A stretch of DNA of 64,000 nt from the NCBI RefSeq assembly GCF_001194135.2, contig NC_068988.1, positions 91,899,713-91,963,712 on the forward strand, written 5' to 3'. The position numbers were made by a program, and so were the translations under genes. This DNA is from Octopus bimaculoides (Eukaryota). Below, piece after piece: positions 12,802 through 25,490 of the stretch. The notes below the pieces were generated by a model. The model worked only from the letters and a program-made list of their open reading frames with translations, was not told where the DNA came from and did not search any database. Positions within the stretch are counted from its first letter, which is position 1, and every line of letters starts with the position of its first letter.

Positions 12802-12998
12802 TTGGGTGAAATAAATATTCGTACATGTCAAAATTCTTTATTCATTTAATTTATAATGAACATAAATGGGATATACCAATAGTATATTTGCATACACACG
12901 CATAAACTAAGAATATGCAAAAGAAACTAATAAATTATAGTAACTAATGAATTTATATACAATTATAAATATTTAGGGGTGAAAAAAGTATTCGTACA
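12799..12998 (+). mobile_element. Orphan left end of an IR/DR-type Tc1-like transposon
   Basis: Follows a TA run. cagttgggtgaaataaatattcgtaca is repeated ~180 bp inside as ggggtgaaaaaagtattcgtaca. No transposase or right end seen. Confidence 0.5.
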
Positions 12999-13379
12999 GA
13001 ATAAATTTATAAGTTTCCATGCCACAAAATACTGTTAAAAAATTTTGAAACTTATATTTTATTTATTCATATCCAGTACTAATAAATCTCCAGAGTCTGA
13101 AAGCAGAGCAAAATTATAATAGTTTTAAAACTTGACCAAAGCCCAATCAAAACAGCTTCACCATAAATCCATTACATCTCTATATACACCTACAAAAGTT
13201 ACATTAAAACTTATCTTTCATATCACATGTATACACAGCCTACACTACACACTCCTCTTTCTCACTCCGAATGTGAATTCGCACAACTGCACTCAACAAC
13301 CACACTACTCACAAATCATACAAATAGATAAATAAATGAAAATTACAGATTCAACCAAAGAAATCATCAACACACACCT

Positions 13380-13620
13380 TCTTAATTATCGTTGATATCG
13401 ACTAAGCTTTTATGTTCATTTCTCGCAACCTACTTACAAAGCACTTCTTCAACAAACAACAAAGCGCTGTTTAGTGAATTATTTCTCTAACAACCATGTC
13501 TATGTCGCGTACAATGACAACTTATCTAAAATATCAGTGGAGCACTGCAAGGATCCACACTCAGTTTGTACCTATACCTCCGGCTCACTCTCCCACAAAT
13601 TACAGCCATATTTTCCCACT
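13380..13620 (+). mobile_element. Highly degenerate LINE RT remnant
   Basis: Fragments resembling xDIxKAF (~13390) and ALQGSTLSLYLY (~13542, cf. PQGSxLSPxL). Confidence 0.3.
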
Positions 13621-14249
13621 ATTCTCTTGAACTAATGGCGTACTAATGAAGTACTACCTCATTATACAATTGGAGTATTACTTCAATAATATTCCAACCT
13701 AACAGATTAAAAGTAGTGAAGGAAATTTGTATGTGATCACTAGGTTTGCTAGAAATAGTAACCAACTCTGATCTGATATCCTATACTTTAAAAAAGAAAT
13801 GTCACATTTGATAACGTAGTCTCATTATATCTGAATAGAAGACAGGATGACCACGGCTGGGACATACTTGATCGTAGGTCTACTATGTAACGGCTGCCCG
13901 GCAGATAAGCAAGCACAACTTAAAATAGCACCAACTAAGTCTATTATTTTCTTTAGGTCAACACAAGAGAATATAAGTAACACCAACCATCACACTCAAC
14001 ATAAATATACAGCCATCCATCACTCAACAACAAAAATATGCAACCATTTATCACACTCAACAGCAAATATACTATACATACTAAACACAAAATGCAGGGA
14101 GTTACAACATGAACATGCTACAGTAATAGAATAATTACATGTTACATTTGTCCAACGAAAAAACAAAAAAACATTAATCTATTATGCCTGGACACCAATC
14201 ATTCCAAACCACTTACACATTAAAAAAAGACATATACAAATTTAAGGCC

Positions 14250-14400
14250 ACATGTTACGGGCAAAATCTACGTGTCACACGCAAAGACCACATACTACAC
14301 ACAAAGCCTACGTGTTACACATAAAGCCCACGTTACGCGCAAATCCTATATGTTACCTGTAAAATGCATGTTACACGAAAAACCCACGTGTTACATAGTT
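14250..14400. repeat. Degenerate ~20-bp tandem repeat (aaagcctacgtgttacacac-like), about 7-8 units
   Basis: Recurring (c)acgtgttacac / atgttac cores at ~20-bp period. Confidence 0.7.
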
Positions 14401-14669
14401 TGTCACTGTACTGAACACCATCTTTTTCAGTCCTTTCCACTACATACATAACAATATCATAAAACCATCCACTGACCCCTTTCCTTCCCACTCAGTCCAG
14501 ACACATCTGTAATATACCCACAGCACTAGTACAACTCCACCCTAACAGCACTATCTCTGTCAACCAGGACAAATATTGAAGAAAAAAAACATACACAAAA
14601 AACATAGCAAAATACCCACAAAACGACGAGGGGCGAGGCTAGCACTGGCAGAATTTGAACTCAAAAACA

Positions 14670-14835
14670 GCCAGGTGCCACGGGGTTCCCACTCCAATGG
14701 CCATAGGAAGGGCATCCATAGTAGAAACTATGCCAAAGTAAACATTGGATCTTGATGCAGCCTTACTACTCACTGGATCCTATCAATCAGTCTAACCCAT
14801 GCCAGCAAGGAAAATAGACATTAAATGATGATGAT
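14670..14835 (+). mobile_element. SINE-like repeat, family D, with (GAT)n tail; further copies at 34905-35090 (-) and 63637-64000 (-)
   Basis: Shared aggaagggcatcc motif (V-domain-like, inference) and aacccatgccagca.ggaaa...ttaaatgatgatgat tail. Confidence 0.7.
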
Positions 14836-15569
14836 TTGTGTTCTGTTTTCTAATTACACTTACCCATTGACCGAATCCATATTGCAGGCCTCCACTGTGA
14901 CCACTTACAGAACCTCTTGTGACAGTACAGAAACAGACTGAATAGAGAACAGCACAAGCTCTATTTACTGCTCTTTAATACAGCTAAGGTAATCCTTCAT
15001 TGGGTGGAGGTAAGGGTTACTCGAACTATAGATCTGTGTGTAACACTTTCTAATGTATGCAATAAGCACTGCAGAGTATGATTCTAAATTAAATGAAAGC
15101 AAGGAATACTCTAACTATAGATCTGTTTATCACAGCTAGTCATTTCACTGACTACCTACGAGCCATAGGTTTTCTCGGTCAGGAATGACCTAGTGTTACA
15201 CAACTTCAACATCAGTTTCATCCTATTTCACCAACTCCATTGCTAAATTCAAATCTGTTTGTGGTTGTATTTGAAGACAGCTAGGCTCTTGTGCTCTGAT
15301 ACCCCGGCTTACCATATCTAAGATCATTATCGGAAAAGAGTCGACCATGTAATGTATTTAAAATGTTCCTTGCTATTTAAAAAGTTCCTCTCTAACGCAA
15401 GCCTTTGAAAGGTTTACCGTGAAAGACTGCATCTATCCATCATACATGCAGCTGTTCATCATATATACAGCTGACCACTCTCTATTCTACCCATGTATTT
15501 CAAGGGCAAAACAAAAATCGTTTCAATTTAACACCAGATATATTCCTGTCAGAATTCAGAGGAAGGTGA

Positions 15570-15983
15570 CAAATACTACAAGTTATCCCATCCAACGTTT
15601 TAACTGTTCTGAAATTCACATCCTTGAACTGATACTTTTCATCCTTTCGGGTCCGATAAAATAAGTACCAGTTGAACACTGGGATCCATGTGATCGACTC
15701 ACCCCTCCCCAAAATTGCTGCCCTTGTGGCAAAATTTGAAACCATTATTATTATTTTATCATTATTATTATAGTGAGTTGGCAGAATCGTTAGAACGCTG
15801 GACGAAATGTATAGCGGTATTTCGTCCGTCGCTACGTTCTGAGTTCAAATTCCGCCGAGGTCGACTTTATCTTTCGTCTTTTTGTGGTCGATAAAATAAG
15901 TACCAGTTGAAGACTAGGGTCGATGTAATCGACTCAACCCTCCCCCAAAATGGCTGTCCTTGTGGAAAAAATTTGAAACCATT
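15570..15983 (+). mobile_element. Two tandem SINE family A copies (partial 15570-15745; full 15771-15983) with (TTA)n tails
   Basis: gttcaaattccgccgaggtcgacttt...gtcgataaaataagtaccagttg motifs in both. Confidence 0.85.
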
Positions 15984-16289
15984 ATATTATTATTATTATT
16001 AGACAAAACAAAGACTGCGATGCGATTACAATAGATATTTTATTGGTTGGGCGGTATTTCGATAGCAAGCCTGTCTTTGTCGAGTTCAAAATAAAAAGTG
16101 ATAAAAATTCAAAATTATAGAAATTCAAATCTAAAGCATAAACGAGAGCAACCAGCGTCCATACGTTGATGGAATGACATCATCAGGCTTTAAGTTTCAA
16201 TTTCATAACTGGCGAAAAGAAAAAGACAGAAAAAAAGAAAGCGAGAAAAAAAGGAAAGGAAAAAAAATATTCAATCAAACAGTTTTGTG

Positions 16290-16900
16290 TAAATTTGATG
16301 ATATTCTCCTGACACTTTATTCATTCCTTCAGGGTCTGATGTAAATAACCTGCAAACATATTTCTCCTCATGCATTTTGAGTATTGAAAGAGAAGCAGAT
16401 TCAGAATATTTTCTGAGAATATGCACTTTCAAGTCCTTTTCAAAATTGCAGCCATTTGAAACAAAATGTTCGGCAAGTTCTGTCGAACTGCTGTTATTGT
16501 GCCTGACGTTATATCTGCCTATTAAATCTTTTGTTTAATTGTTCTGTTGTACAACCAACATACATCAAGTTGTATTTCGTAGAGATTCTCATTTGGTGTT
16601 CGTAAAGAATCATAACAGAAATGTTATGATTTATATTTAAGGTGGGACATATAGAGATTACTAGTTGGTGTTCGTAGCATAATGAACGACACACAACTTG
16701 AGCTCAGAGAGTTGGAACAATGACCACCAAATATTCTATCAGTCTTTCTAACGACTCAGGAAATTCCAGCCCGCCGCCGCACTGCAGCTTTTGTATAAGT
16801 ACATGCAATGAGAGTTCATTCCTACAGCGATCATGTTTTAACTTGCATTGCCGTGTTTAAACCGGTCTGAAGAGTGCCGTATATAAAAGGGACTGACTTT
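16290..16900 (-). mobile_element. Penelope-like element remnant, GIY-YIG endonuclease region
   Basis: Minus-strand NLMYVGCTTEQLNKRF (ORF 16509-16694) and TELAEHFVSNG, matching YVGxT..L..R and AEHF motifs of PLE GIY-YIG domains. Confidence 0.6.
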
Positions 16901-17642
16901 AGTGAATTGTAACATATTTTGCATATTTTAGTGTTGAAAGAGCTCACAAGAGGTAAGGATCTAATATTTTCAAACTTTGATATTCACTTAAGCCCTATAT
17001 AAGCGCCCTGTTTATACATTGTATAAAGTACTCTGTGGGAAAGATTTAGATGTCTTGCGTGCTGAAACCTATCATATGGTGAACTTCATTGGGATCATAC
17101 ACTTAATCACAGCCGGTTCCAGGCTTTTCTTAAAGAAATATATTCTGAATTCTGTGATTTACCTTATCACACAACAATGAGGTAGCTCAGCTGTGGTAAA
17201 GTCCTGTTTCGTTTTTATAAACTCCGAAGAGAAATAAATATTTTTCTCACCGAAAAGGATAGAGCTAATCCACTTCTCTCAGAACCTACCTGTCTGTCAA
17301 AGTTGTCATTTTTGGGGTGATATCACATCCCACATGAGTGAGTTGAACTTGAAACTTCAAGGAAAGGATAACCTTAGCTGTGATCTCTACAAAATCATCA
17401 AAAGATTTCGCAGAAACGTATATGTGTGTGTGCGCGTGTGTACCTTGCTTATCGAGGACCAGTACTTTACGAACGAAGTCCCTTGAGGTATTAGTTCTGC
17501 ATCGTATTAGATCCTTACTACAAAAACATTCACTTCGAATATTTGCATTAACTGGCGTTGCAAGCAGAATTGGTACAGAAACAATTGTAACGAATCATTA
17601 AAGATGTGTTAAAGAATTTCTTTGCCTTCTCATTATTTGGAT

Positions 17643-17697
<55 letters not shown>

Positions 17698-18285
17698 NNN
17701 NNNNNNNNNNNNNNNNNNNNNNNNNNNNNNNNNNNNNNNNNNNNNNNNNNNNNNNNNNNNNNNNNNNNNNNNNNNNNNNNNNNNNNNNNNNNNNNNNNNN
17801 NNNNNNNNNNNNNNNNNNNNNNNNNNNNNNNNNNNNNNNNNNNNNNNNNNNNNNNNNNNNNNNNNNNNNNNNNNNNNNNNNNNNNNNNNNNNNNNNNNNN
17901 NNNNNNNNNNNNNNNNNNNNNNNNNNNNNNNNNNNNNNNNNNNNNNNNNNNNNNNNNNNNNNNNNNNNNNNNNNNNNNNNNNNNNNNNNNNNNNNNNNNN
18001 NNNNNNNNNNNNNNNNNNNNNNNNNNNNNNNNNNNNNNNNNNNNNNNNNNNNNNNNNNNNNNNNNNNNNNNNNNNNNNNNNNNNNNNNNNNNNNNNNNNN
18101 NNNNNNNNNNNNNNNNNNNNNNNNNNNNNNNNNNNNNNNNNNNNNNNNNNNNNNNNNNNNNNNNNNNNNNNNNNNNNNNNNNNNNNNNNNNNNNNNNNNN
18201 NNNNNNNNNNNNNNNNNNNNNNNNNNNNNNNNNNNNNNNNNNNNNNNNNNNNNNNNNNNNNNNNNNNNNNNNNNNNNNNNNNNNN

Positions 18286-18329
<44 letters not shown>

Positions 18330-18560
18330 CACACGCTTATATCTCTTATCGTTTTTATCTCTTACTGGTTTCAGTCATTGGACCACGACCATACTGGAAC
18401 ACCACCTTGACGGGTATAGTCAAATAAATCGACCCCAGTGCATATTTTTTTAAGCCTGGCACTTCGCTAAGTTACGGAAGATAAACAAACCGGCGCCGGT
18501 TGTCAAGCAGTGGTGAGAAGCAATCGCAAACATGCACGCGCACACACACATATATGTGTA

Positions 18561-18938
18561 AAAGAAAATGGAGAATGAGAAGTTAATAACTGTTTATTAT
18601 TAACAGCAAATTAATCATCATCCCTTACAGCTGCTTCAATTAATACACTGTAAATATTAAATTTATATAACCGGAGCATATCTCCAGAGGGAAAAAATAT
18701 ACCCTTGGATGTTTTATATGCGTTTATGAATTCCTTATAGTCTGCTATAATGAATCCATAAACACATATAAAACATCCAAGGGCATAGTTTTTCCCTCTG
18801 AAGATATACTCAGGTTATATAAAATTTAGTATTTACTTAAAATTTACTGAGCATTAATTAAAACAGCTGTAAGGGATGATGATTAATTTACTGTTAATAA
18901 TAAACAATTATTAACTTCCCAATCTCTATTTTTTTTTT
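18561..18938. mobile_element. Fully palindromic (foldback) MITE, arms ~170-180 bp, 4-nt loop at 18741-18744
   Basis: Left arm gagaatgagaagttaataactgtttattattaacag... matches the reverse complement of the right arm at roughly 85-90 percent apart from one indel. Embedded in TA-rich repeats. Confidence 0.85.
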
Positions 18939-18960
18939 ATATGAATATAAACTATATGTT

Positions 18961-19016
<56 letters not shown>

Positions 19017-19699
19017 CCTATTATTTTAAGGAAATTTGCTCCCCCAAAACACTAAGCATTGAACCAGTATTTCCTTGGATGAAACCATCCCTTCATGAGG
19101 TTAACACAACCTCTAATCGAAGTATATATTTGCTAGATATTCGAAGGGATTCAGTAAATGTAAAGTTTGTTCTAATAGAACATCCACGTTTAAGTGGGGA
19201 TACGTATTACCTCTCGATATTAATACTGCTTCTGTCGCTAATATATATTCTATTTGATTTGGTTAGTGATAGTTTGAACAGAGTAGGAGTTTTGCCATAA
19301 ACATTCAAGTTGACGATTGAGCCGAATCTAAGTATCATAATTCTAGCATAGTTTGGTAACTACCATCCTTAGCCTGTCTGCTGAACAATTACCCTCACAC
19401 TTGATGCTGGTCAAATGTTGTTAGTTTTACAACTACCTCCCTTAAAATATTATGTATTCCAATCAGTGTGGTATATCATTGATGAGAATAGGATGGTGTT
19501 CAATTTCTCTATCTCAGTAGAATCTTAGTCGGCGATGTATGCGATCGATCGATTAATGTTTGATTACTGCATTGCAAAATTTTAAAATGCCATTCTGATC
19601 GAAATGCGAATAAGCGAATTAAAGAAATGTATAATTCTCCATTCTTTGTGTTTTTCTTCTGCATGTACAACAGGCTTCTTTCAGTTTCCGTCAACTATA

Positions 19700-19800
19700 T
19701 CTTCTCACTAACATTGGTCGGTCCGGGGCTATAGTAGAAGATACTTGCCCAAGGTGCCATATAGTGGGACTGAATCCAAGACCACAGAGCCATACCTGCA
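19700..19800 (-). mobile_element. CORE-like SINE head fragment; similar pieces at ~8480-8610, 20555-20685, 22020-22135 and 35515-35600
   Basis: Plus-strand tagaagatacttgcccaaggtgcc is the reverse complement of a CORE-like ggcaccttgggcaagtatcttcta. Confidence 0.55.
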
Positions 19801-20696
19801 CATATTTATATTCATACATATACGAGCACACACACGAAAACTTGTTACAAGTTTAAATATGCTTTAGGCATTAACTGTATTTTGCCATGGTGAAAATTTC
19901 TTGTTGTAGACAAAAAGGTGTAAATATAGGGAGTCAGCTCACGGCGAGCCCTAACAAGACAGTTGGATGCATGTATATCGGATTGGTTATCTCTTCAGCA
20001 ACAGAGACCAGAAAGGCTGATGCTGCGAATTGACACGAGAGACAGGTCCCTCTATTGATATTCTTGTCATCGATAAATGACTGGTTGCGCTATTCAACGG
20101 GTCACCGTAAGTAAAATACGGGTCGACAGCGTTAAGCAGTAACATAAATAGATACAAACTTTTACAATTTCAGACATGCTTGAGGCATATTCTGAACCTA
20201 CATATTAAGATACAGACACAAACATATATAAGACACATACATATACACACACAAGGACATAAACATTAATACATATATTACAGTCACACTTATAACAACA
20301 TCAGCGTTCTAACGTCCACTTTTCCATGCTTGCATGGGACTAACAGATTTTCTACAGTCGGATAACCTTCTTGTTGCCAGCCCTCGTTTCCAAGCATGAT
20401 AATTATTCCCCATGGTCAGATATGCTCTCGCAAAATATTGGAAATGAATGACAATGTTAGTATGAGAGTGACAATCATTTACAACTATCACACGATCTCA
20501 AGACAAGAAAACACAAACACACACATATACATACGACAGTACTCTTTCAGTCTGTCTACTATATCTACTCACAAGGCTTTGTTTGATCAGCCTGGAACTA
20601 TAACAGAAGACGCTTGCCCAAAGTACTACGCAGACGACTGAAGTATGTGGTTGGAAAGCAAATTTCATACTACAAACACACACCTGTGCCTATATA

Positions 20697-21932
20697 CAGG
20701 GGTTGGATAAATTAATGGAAACACCTTAAAATTTCAAACAAATTTATTTTAATATGGAGTAGGACCGCTTTTGGCAGTAATTACAGCTTCAATTCTACGA
20801 GGTATGGACTCGTACAAAGTTTGAATTGTTTCCAAAGGAATTTTTGTCCATTCTTCAGCTAAAACAGCTTCTAGCTCTTGTAGTGATGATGGTGGAGGAT
20901 ATCGACTCCTTACTTGTTTTTCTAAAATGCACCATCAATGTTAAATAATATTGAGATCTGAGGACTGTGGTGGCCAGATAAGATAGTCAACTTCACTAGA
21001 ATGTTCCTTGTGTCATTCAGTAACAACTTTAGCTGTGTGAGTTGGTGCATTATCATCCTGAAAGATTGTTCCCCTCCAGAAACCGTTCCGCAACCATAGG
21101 ATGAATTTGATCAGATAAAATGCTTAGTCTTGACTATTAATTCTGCCATGAAGGGAACCCATTGGGCCGGCGGATTTTTAAGAGATAGCCCCTCCCCCCT
21201 CATCATCACGACAGGTTCTCCTCCATGTTTAACAGTTAGAAGGCAGTCTGGGTCAAATGCTTCTTTTGGCTGTCTCCACACGTATACTCGGCCGGTGGTC
21301 GCAAATAAAGTAAAGGATGATTCGTCCCAGAAAATAACATTCTTTTACTGCTCTATGGACCAATTCTGTAGGTTTTTACTCCACTCTAAATGCTTTGCAA
21401 CGTTTGTTTTTGAAAGTAGTAGTCTTCTTATTGCAGCCCTTCCGGCGAGCAGTTTTTGTGGAAACTGGGTTCTCGAGGTGGTCATTAAGCTCTGCAGTAA
21501 TTGTGGGAGGTGTACTTTTGTGATCCTTTCTAACAATTCACGTTAAGAGTCCGATGGTCCGTATCTGAAAGTTTTGGTTTTCTTCCGGAGTTTTGTTTCG
21601 ACGAGGAGGTTTTTCCCTCTTTTTCAAAGGCTGTCATTACTTTCAAGACAGTACTTCTTCATACACCAAACATTTCGATTGTTTTCGTTACGCTAGCACT
21701 TGCCATACGAGCACCAACAATTTGACCTCTTTGAAAGTCCGATAGATCTGTCATTTTAATGAATTTTAATTACCTTCTTCTGATGATATCTGAAAAGAAA
21801 CAGCAATTTTAGCAAAATATATTAAGCAACACTAGCAATCCGAAAACATAAAAATAAACAAGCTTTTGATGGTTTTATAGATATTTCAAAATTATGATGC
21901 TAGGGTGTTTCCATTATTTTGTCCAACCCCTA
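20697..21932 (-). mobile_element. Full-length Tc1-like DNA transposon (~1.24 kb) with ~27-29-bp TIRs and TA target duplication
   Basis: Left caggggttggataaattaatggaaacacc, right ggtgtttccattattttgtccaaccccta, TA on both sides. Confidence 0.93.
20749..21754 (-). pseudogene. Tc1-family transposase pseudogene (D,D36E spacing; stops and frameshift)
   Basis: Starts MTDLSDFQRGQIVGARM; contains GRAAIRRLLL, VIFWDESSF, KHGGGSVMM and IFQDDNAPTHTAK...WPPQSSDLNII* (catalytic E codon is TAA); ends SGPTPY*. Confidence 0.92.
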
Positions 21933-21976
21933 TAGTATACACACACACATATATATATATAAAAACATACAAATGC

Positions 21977-22013
<37 letters not shown>

Positions 22014-22829
22014 TACTGCGATCTTTTACTAAGTTCACAGCTAACAAACTCCACATACATTTCCTGAGAGCAGTGCAGTGAGATCGAACCTGAACCACAC
22101 AACTACAAAGTGACTTTCTTAGCTACGCAGCCAGGTCTCTATCCATGTTTAACTCTTGAATATTTGTGTGAAACCTTTGCAAGCGGGTTTGTAATCTATG
22201 CCAACATACACACACAAACGTTGTCCTGGTCTCAATTTCCAGTAAGAATTGCAGTATGAATGACACTGAAATTCTTGCCACATAGACTGTGGGTGTGATT
22301 TGAGAGACATTTGGGTTGTATTTCTAACAAATCAAGTGACCGAGCAAAGCAGGCATGGACGAGAGAGGCACAAGAGACATGACTCATGATTAAGCAAGTA
22401 GCATCACGGAAAAAAAAATTCAAGCAAATTTTCTGTTAGATGTATCCTTCACAACGTCCTACAGACTGCATGCTGCCTGTGACTGATGTGGAGCTTCCCT
22501 TGTCTCATCTACCAAGCCGGTATCACTGAGGTTTTAAGTTTAGTCTGAGCTGTCAGCCAGCTTAGTCAAAGTTGCAATCTAACATGAAGTAGTTATGTTA
22601 TGAACAAAGCAAATTAATAGTACTGTGTTTAGTGATAAAAAAAAAAACACTACCACAATGCAAACCGCAAAAATAAAAAGCAGTGGAGTGTTGAACTAAA
22701 TGTTTTATGGTATTTACTTAATCTTTTTGCTCCTGACAAACTCTCATCAAATTAAGTGGCCGTAATGGGGTGGAATTGACGACAGAACAGTACACTGCCA
22801 AACTACTTTACAGTATACTACCAGATTGT

Positions 22830-23175
22830 TGTTGTTGTTGGCACTCCGTCGCTTACGACGTCGAGGGTTCCAGTTGATCCGATCAACGGAACAGCCTGCT
22901 CGTGAAATTAACGTGCAAGTGGCTAAGCACTCCACAGACACGTGTACCTTTAACGTAGTTCTCGGGGATATTCAGCGTGACAAGGCTGACCCTTTGAATT
23001 ACAGGTACAGCAGAAACAGGAAGTAAGAGTGAGAGAAAGTTGTGGTGAAAGAGTACAGCAGGGTTCGCCACCATCCCCTGCCGGAGCCTCGCGGAGCTTT
23101 AGGTGTTTTCGCTCAATAAACACTCACAACGAAACCGCGATCCCACTGCCCCAACCACTGGGCCATTGCGCCTCC
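22830..23175 (-). mobile_element. Near full-length SINE family B with 13-bp TSD and (CAA)n tail
   Basis: TSD actaccagattgt at 22817-22829 and 23176-23188. tRNA-like head ggaggcgcaatggcccagtggtt. Confidence 0.9.
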
Positions 23176-23426
23176 ACTACCAGATTGTACTACAGTACTC
23201 ACTAAACAGTATGGTGTATAACCAGACTAGAGTGGAGTCAATGGCTGGTTACTCAATCTTTGAGAAATCGTTTTCCAAATTTCCCTCAAATTTCTTCCTG
23301 TATCAAGAGAAAGACTAAATTGGATCCAGATACACCAAGTTCGCTCACATCAGTCGAAGATGCACAAGCCCTGAAAACATGAGTGTAGTCACATATAGCT
23401 AAATACTATAACAATAACTAAACATA

Positions 23427-23643
23427 CGAGGGAGTGCTGAAAAGTTCCTGGCTTTAGACAAAAGTAAATACAGGAAGATCATTTAATTATGACTTTATTC
23501 AACATATTACCTTCTGATTCACACACATATATAGCAGCAGTCCTTCAATTTTTCTAAGCCCTGCAAAAGAGCTAGAAAAGTAGGGCCTCCAACCAGGCCT
23601 TTCGCAATACCCTTAAAGCCAGGAACTTTTCCACACACCCTCA
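23427..23643. mobile_element. Mariner-type MITE (~217 bp) with ~29-bp TIRs and TA TSD
   Basis: TA|cgagggagtgctgaaaagttcctggcttt ... aaagccaggaacttttccacacaccctca|TA. Confidence 0.85.
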
Positions 23644-24922
23644 TAAGTACATTGTACACCAGAATAAATCAAATACTTAAGGATGTCTCAAAAACTAGCA
23701 CACTTCAATATTTTATCAAACTTTCCTCCTACAACAATAGCTAATTCACCATTAAAAAAATCTGAGAAATGAAACACAAACACACATATATGTATCAGAT
23801 AATTTCAAAAGTGAAAGCCAGAGTTATAAAGAAAACATTGAATACATTTCCAAGTTGTGTTTATTGATGTTTTAGTGTACAATTTCAAGAGTGACTTGCA
23901 TCTAGTTGCCAGGATTCACCCAAATTCAATCCAGGTAGGGAGAGAAATTTAACTTATTATTATTACTAATCAGTTCGGCCCAGACATGTTGAATTGAAGA
24001 GTTTCGCCGGATGAATACAGTCGTATTGGTCAAGTAGTGTTAATATGAAATGACCAAAATATACCTGGAGTTTACTTTGTCCAGTCTACGTTGCAGTGAA
24101 TGAACTCAAGTGGATGGTCTGAAGTGAAGAGAAAGAGCCATAGAAATGAGCAAAGCTTGGCCAGTAAACTTATGAGTAAAAAAATAGAAGTGTTTAATGT
24201 CCTTATATATATATTTTTTTTTTAGTGGGTGATTGGGTTAATGAGGGCTACCTAATGAAACCGGTTCTGTTTTACGTTGACTTGACCCCTTTACCATCCA
24301 GCCAGACAGTTCCAATACTACTAGCACTACTAAAAGGGCACCCCCGGGGAAGGGAGACAAGAGAGAAAAGACAAAAACCTTAAAACTAAAACAGACATGT
24401 TTGTCAGTGTCAGAGTTATTCCCCTTGTTACATTTTCATAGAAAATACCCCAGCTGTCCTCCCTCTTACACGGAAGCTCCACTCCAATGCATCTCAAGAG
24501 CCATACCAAGTAACAACTCCTACTCGAAGAGAACCGTGAAAGACCTCCTAAAATGTACATTTCCTGGGTGTACATCAGCAAGTATTTGGACAACAGGAAA
24601 TACTTAGAATAGAGCAAGTCTCGTCTTACAAACATGTCGGAAGATGAGGCCGGAATAAGTTGGTCGGGTGGGTCGAGGGATACATTAGTACTATTCTACT
24701 ACTACAACTACTACAGGTATCTCCTATCATCACTACAAGAGATCATTTAAGCCACTCACTGCTAGGTGGGGGAGGGGGGAAAGGTTCAGTCTCTCATTAC
24801 TGAATGGTGTGCTGTAGAGATGTAAAATTATAGAAATATACACAAGTATATATATATGTATATAGTCACACACATCTATAAATATGTATTTGTATACTTG
24901 TGTGCATATACATACATACGAT

Positions 24923-24954
<32 letters not shown>

Positions 24955-24967
24955 TATATATACACAC

Positions 24968-25010
<43 letters not shown>

Positions 25011-25438
25011 TATATTCACGTTATAGGCATTATATATATATGTACACACATACTCACAAACATGTGTGTATATATATATATATATACACTATCACACTCG
25101 CATATTTATATATATAGACACATATATACTATATCTTATACACATGTATACTTACAGATATATTTAGAAAACATTTTCTTTACAAGAGAAACTGTACAAT
25201 AAATAAGAAACCAAGAATATGGAGAGCACAAAACAAGGGAAATAACTGAAACTAGTCCAAGTTAGAGGGTTTAGTTTTTAGTCGAAAATAATGTGATTGA
25301 GGTAATTTTGGTCTGTTTTCTTAAGTCATGATTATGGTTGGACCTGGGGTACCAAACATACATAGACACATGCACACGAAATAATGGCTGGCACCGGGGA
25401 GCCAAAGACACACACAAATGTATTATATATATATATAC

Positions 25439-25490
<52 letters not shown>

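Noticed and set aside
22850-22915. SINE B tail (gacg..gag...gtgaaa) as a hammerhead ribozyme
   Set aside because: No CUGANGA core in the better-preserved copies, and on that strand it is antisense to the SINE.
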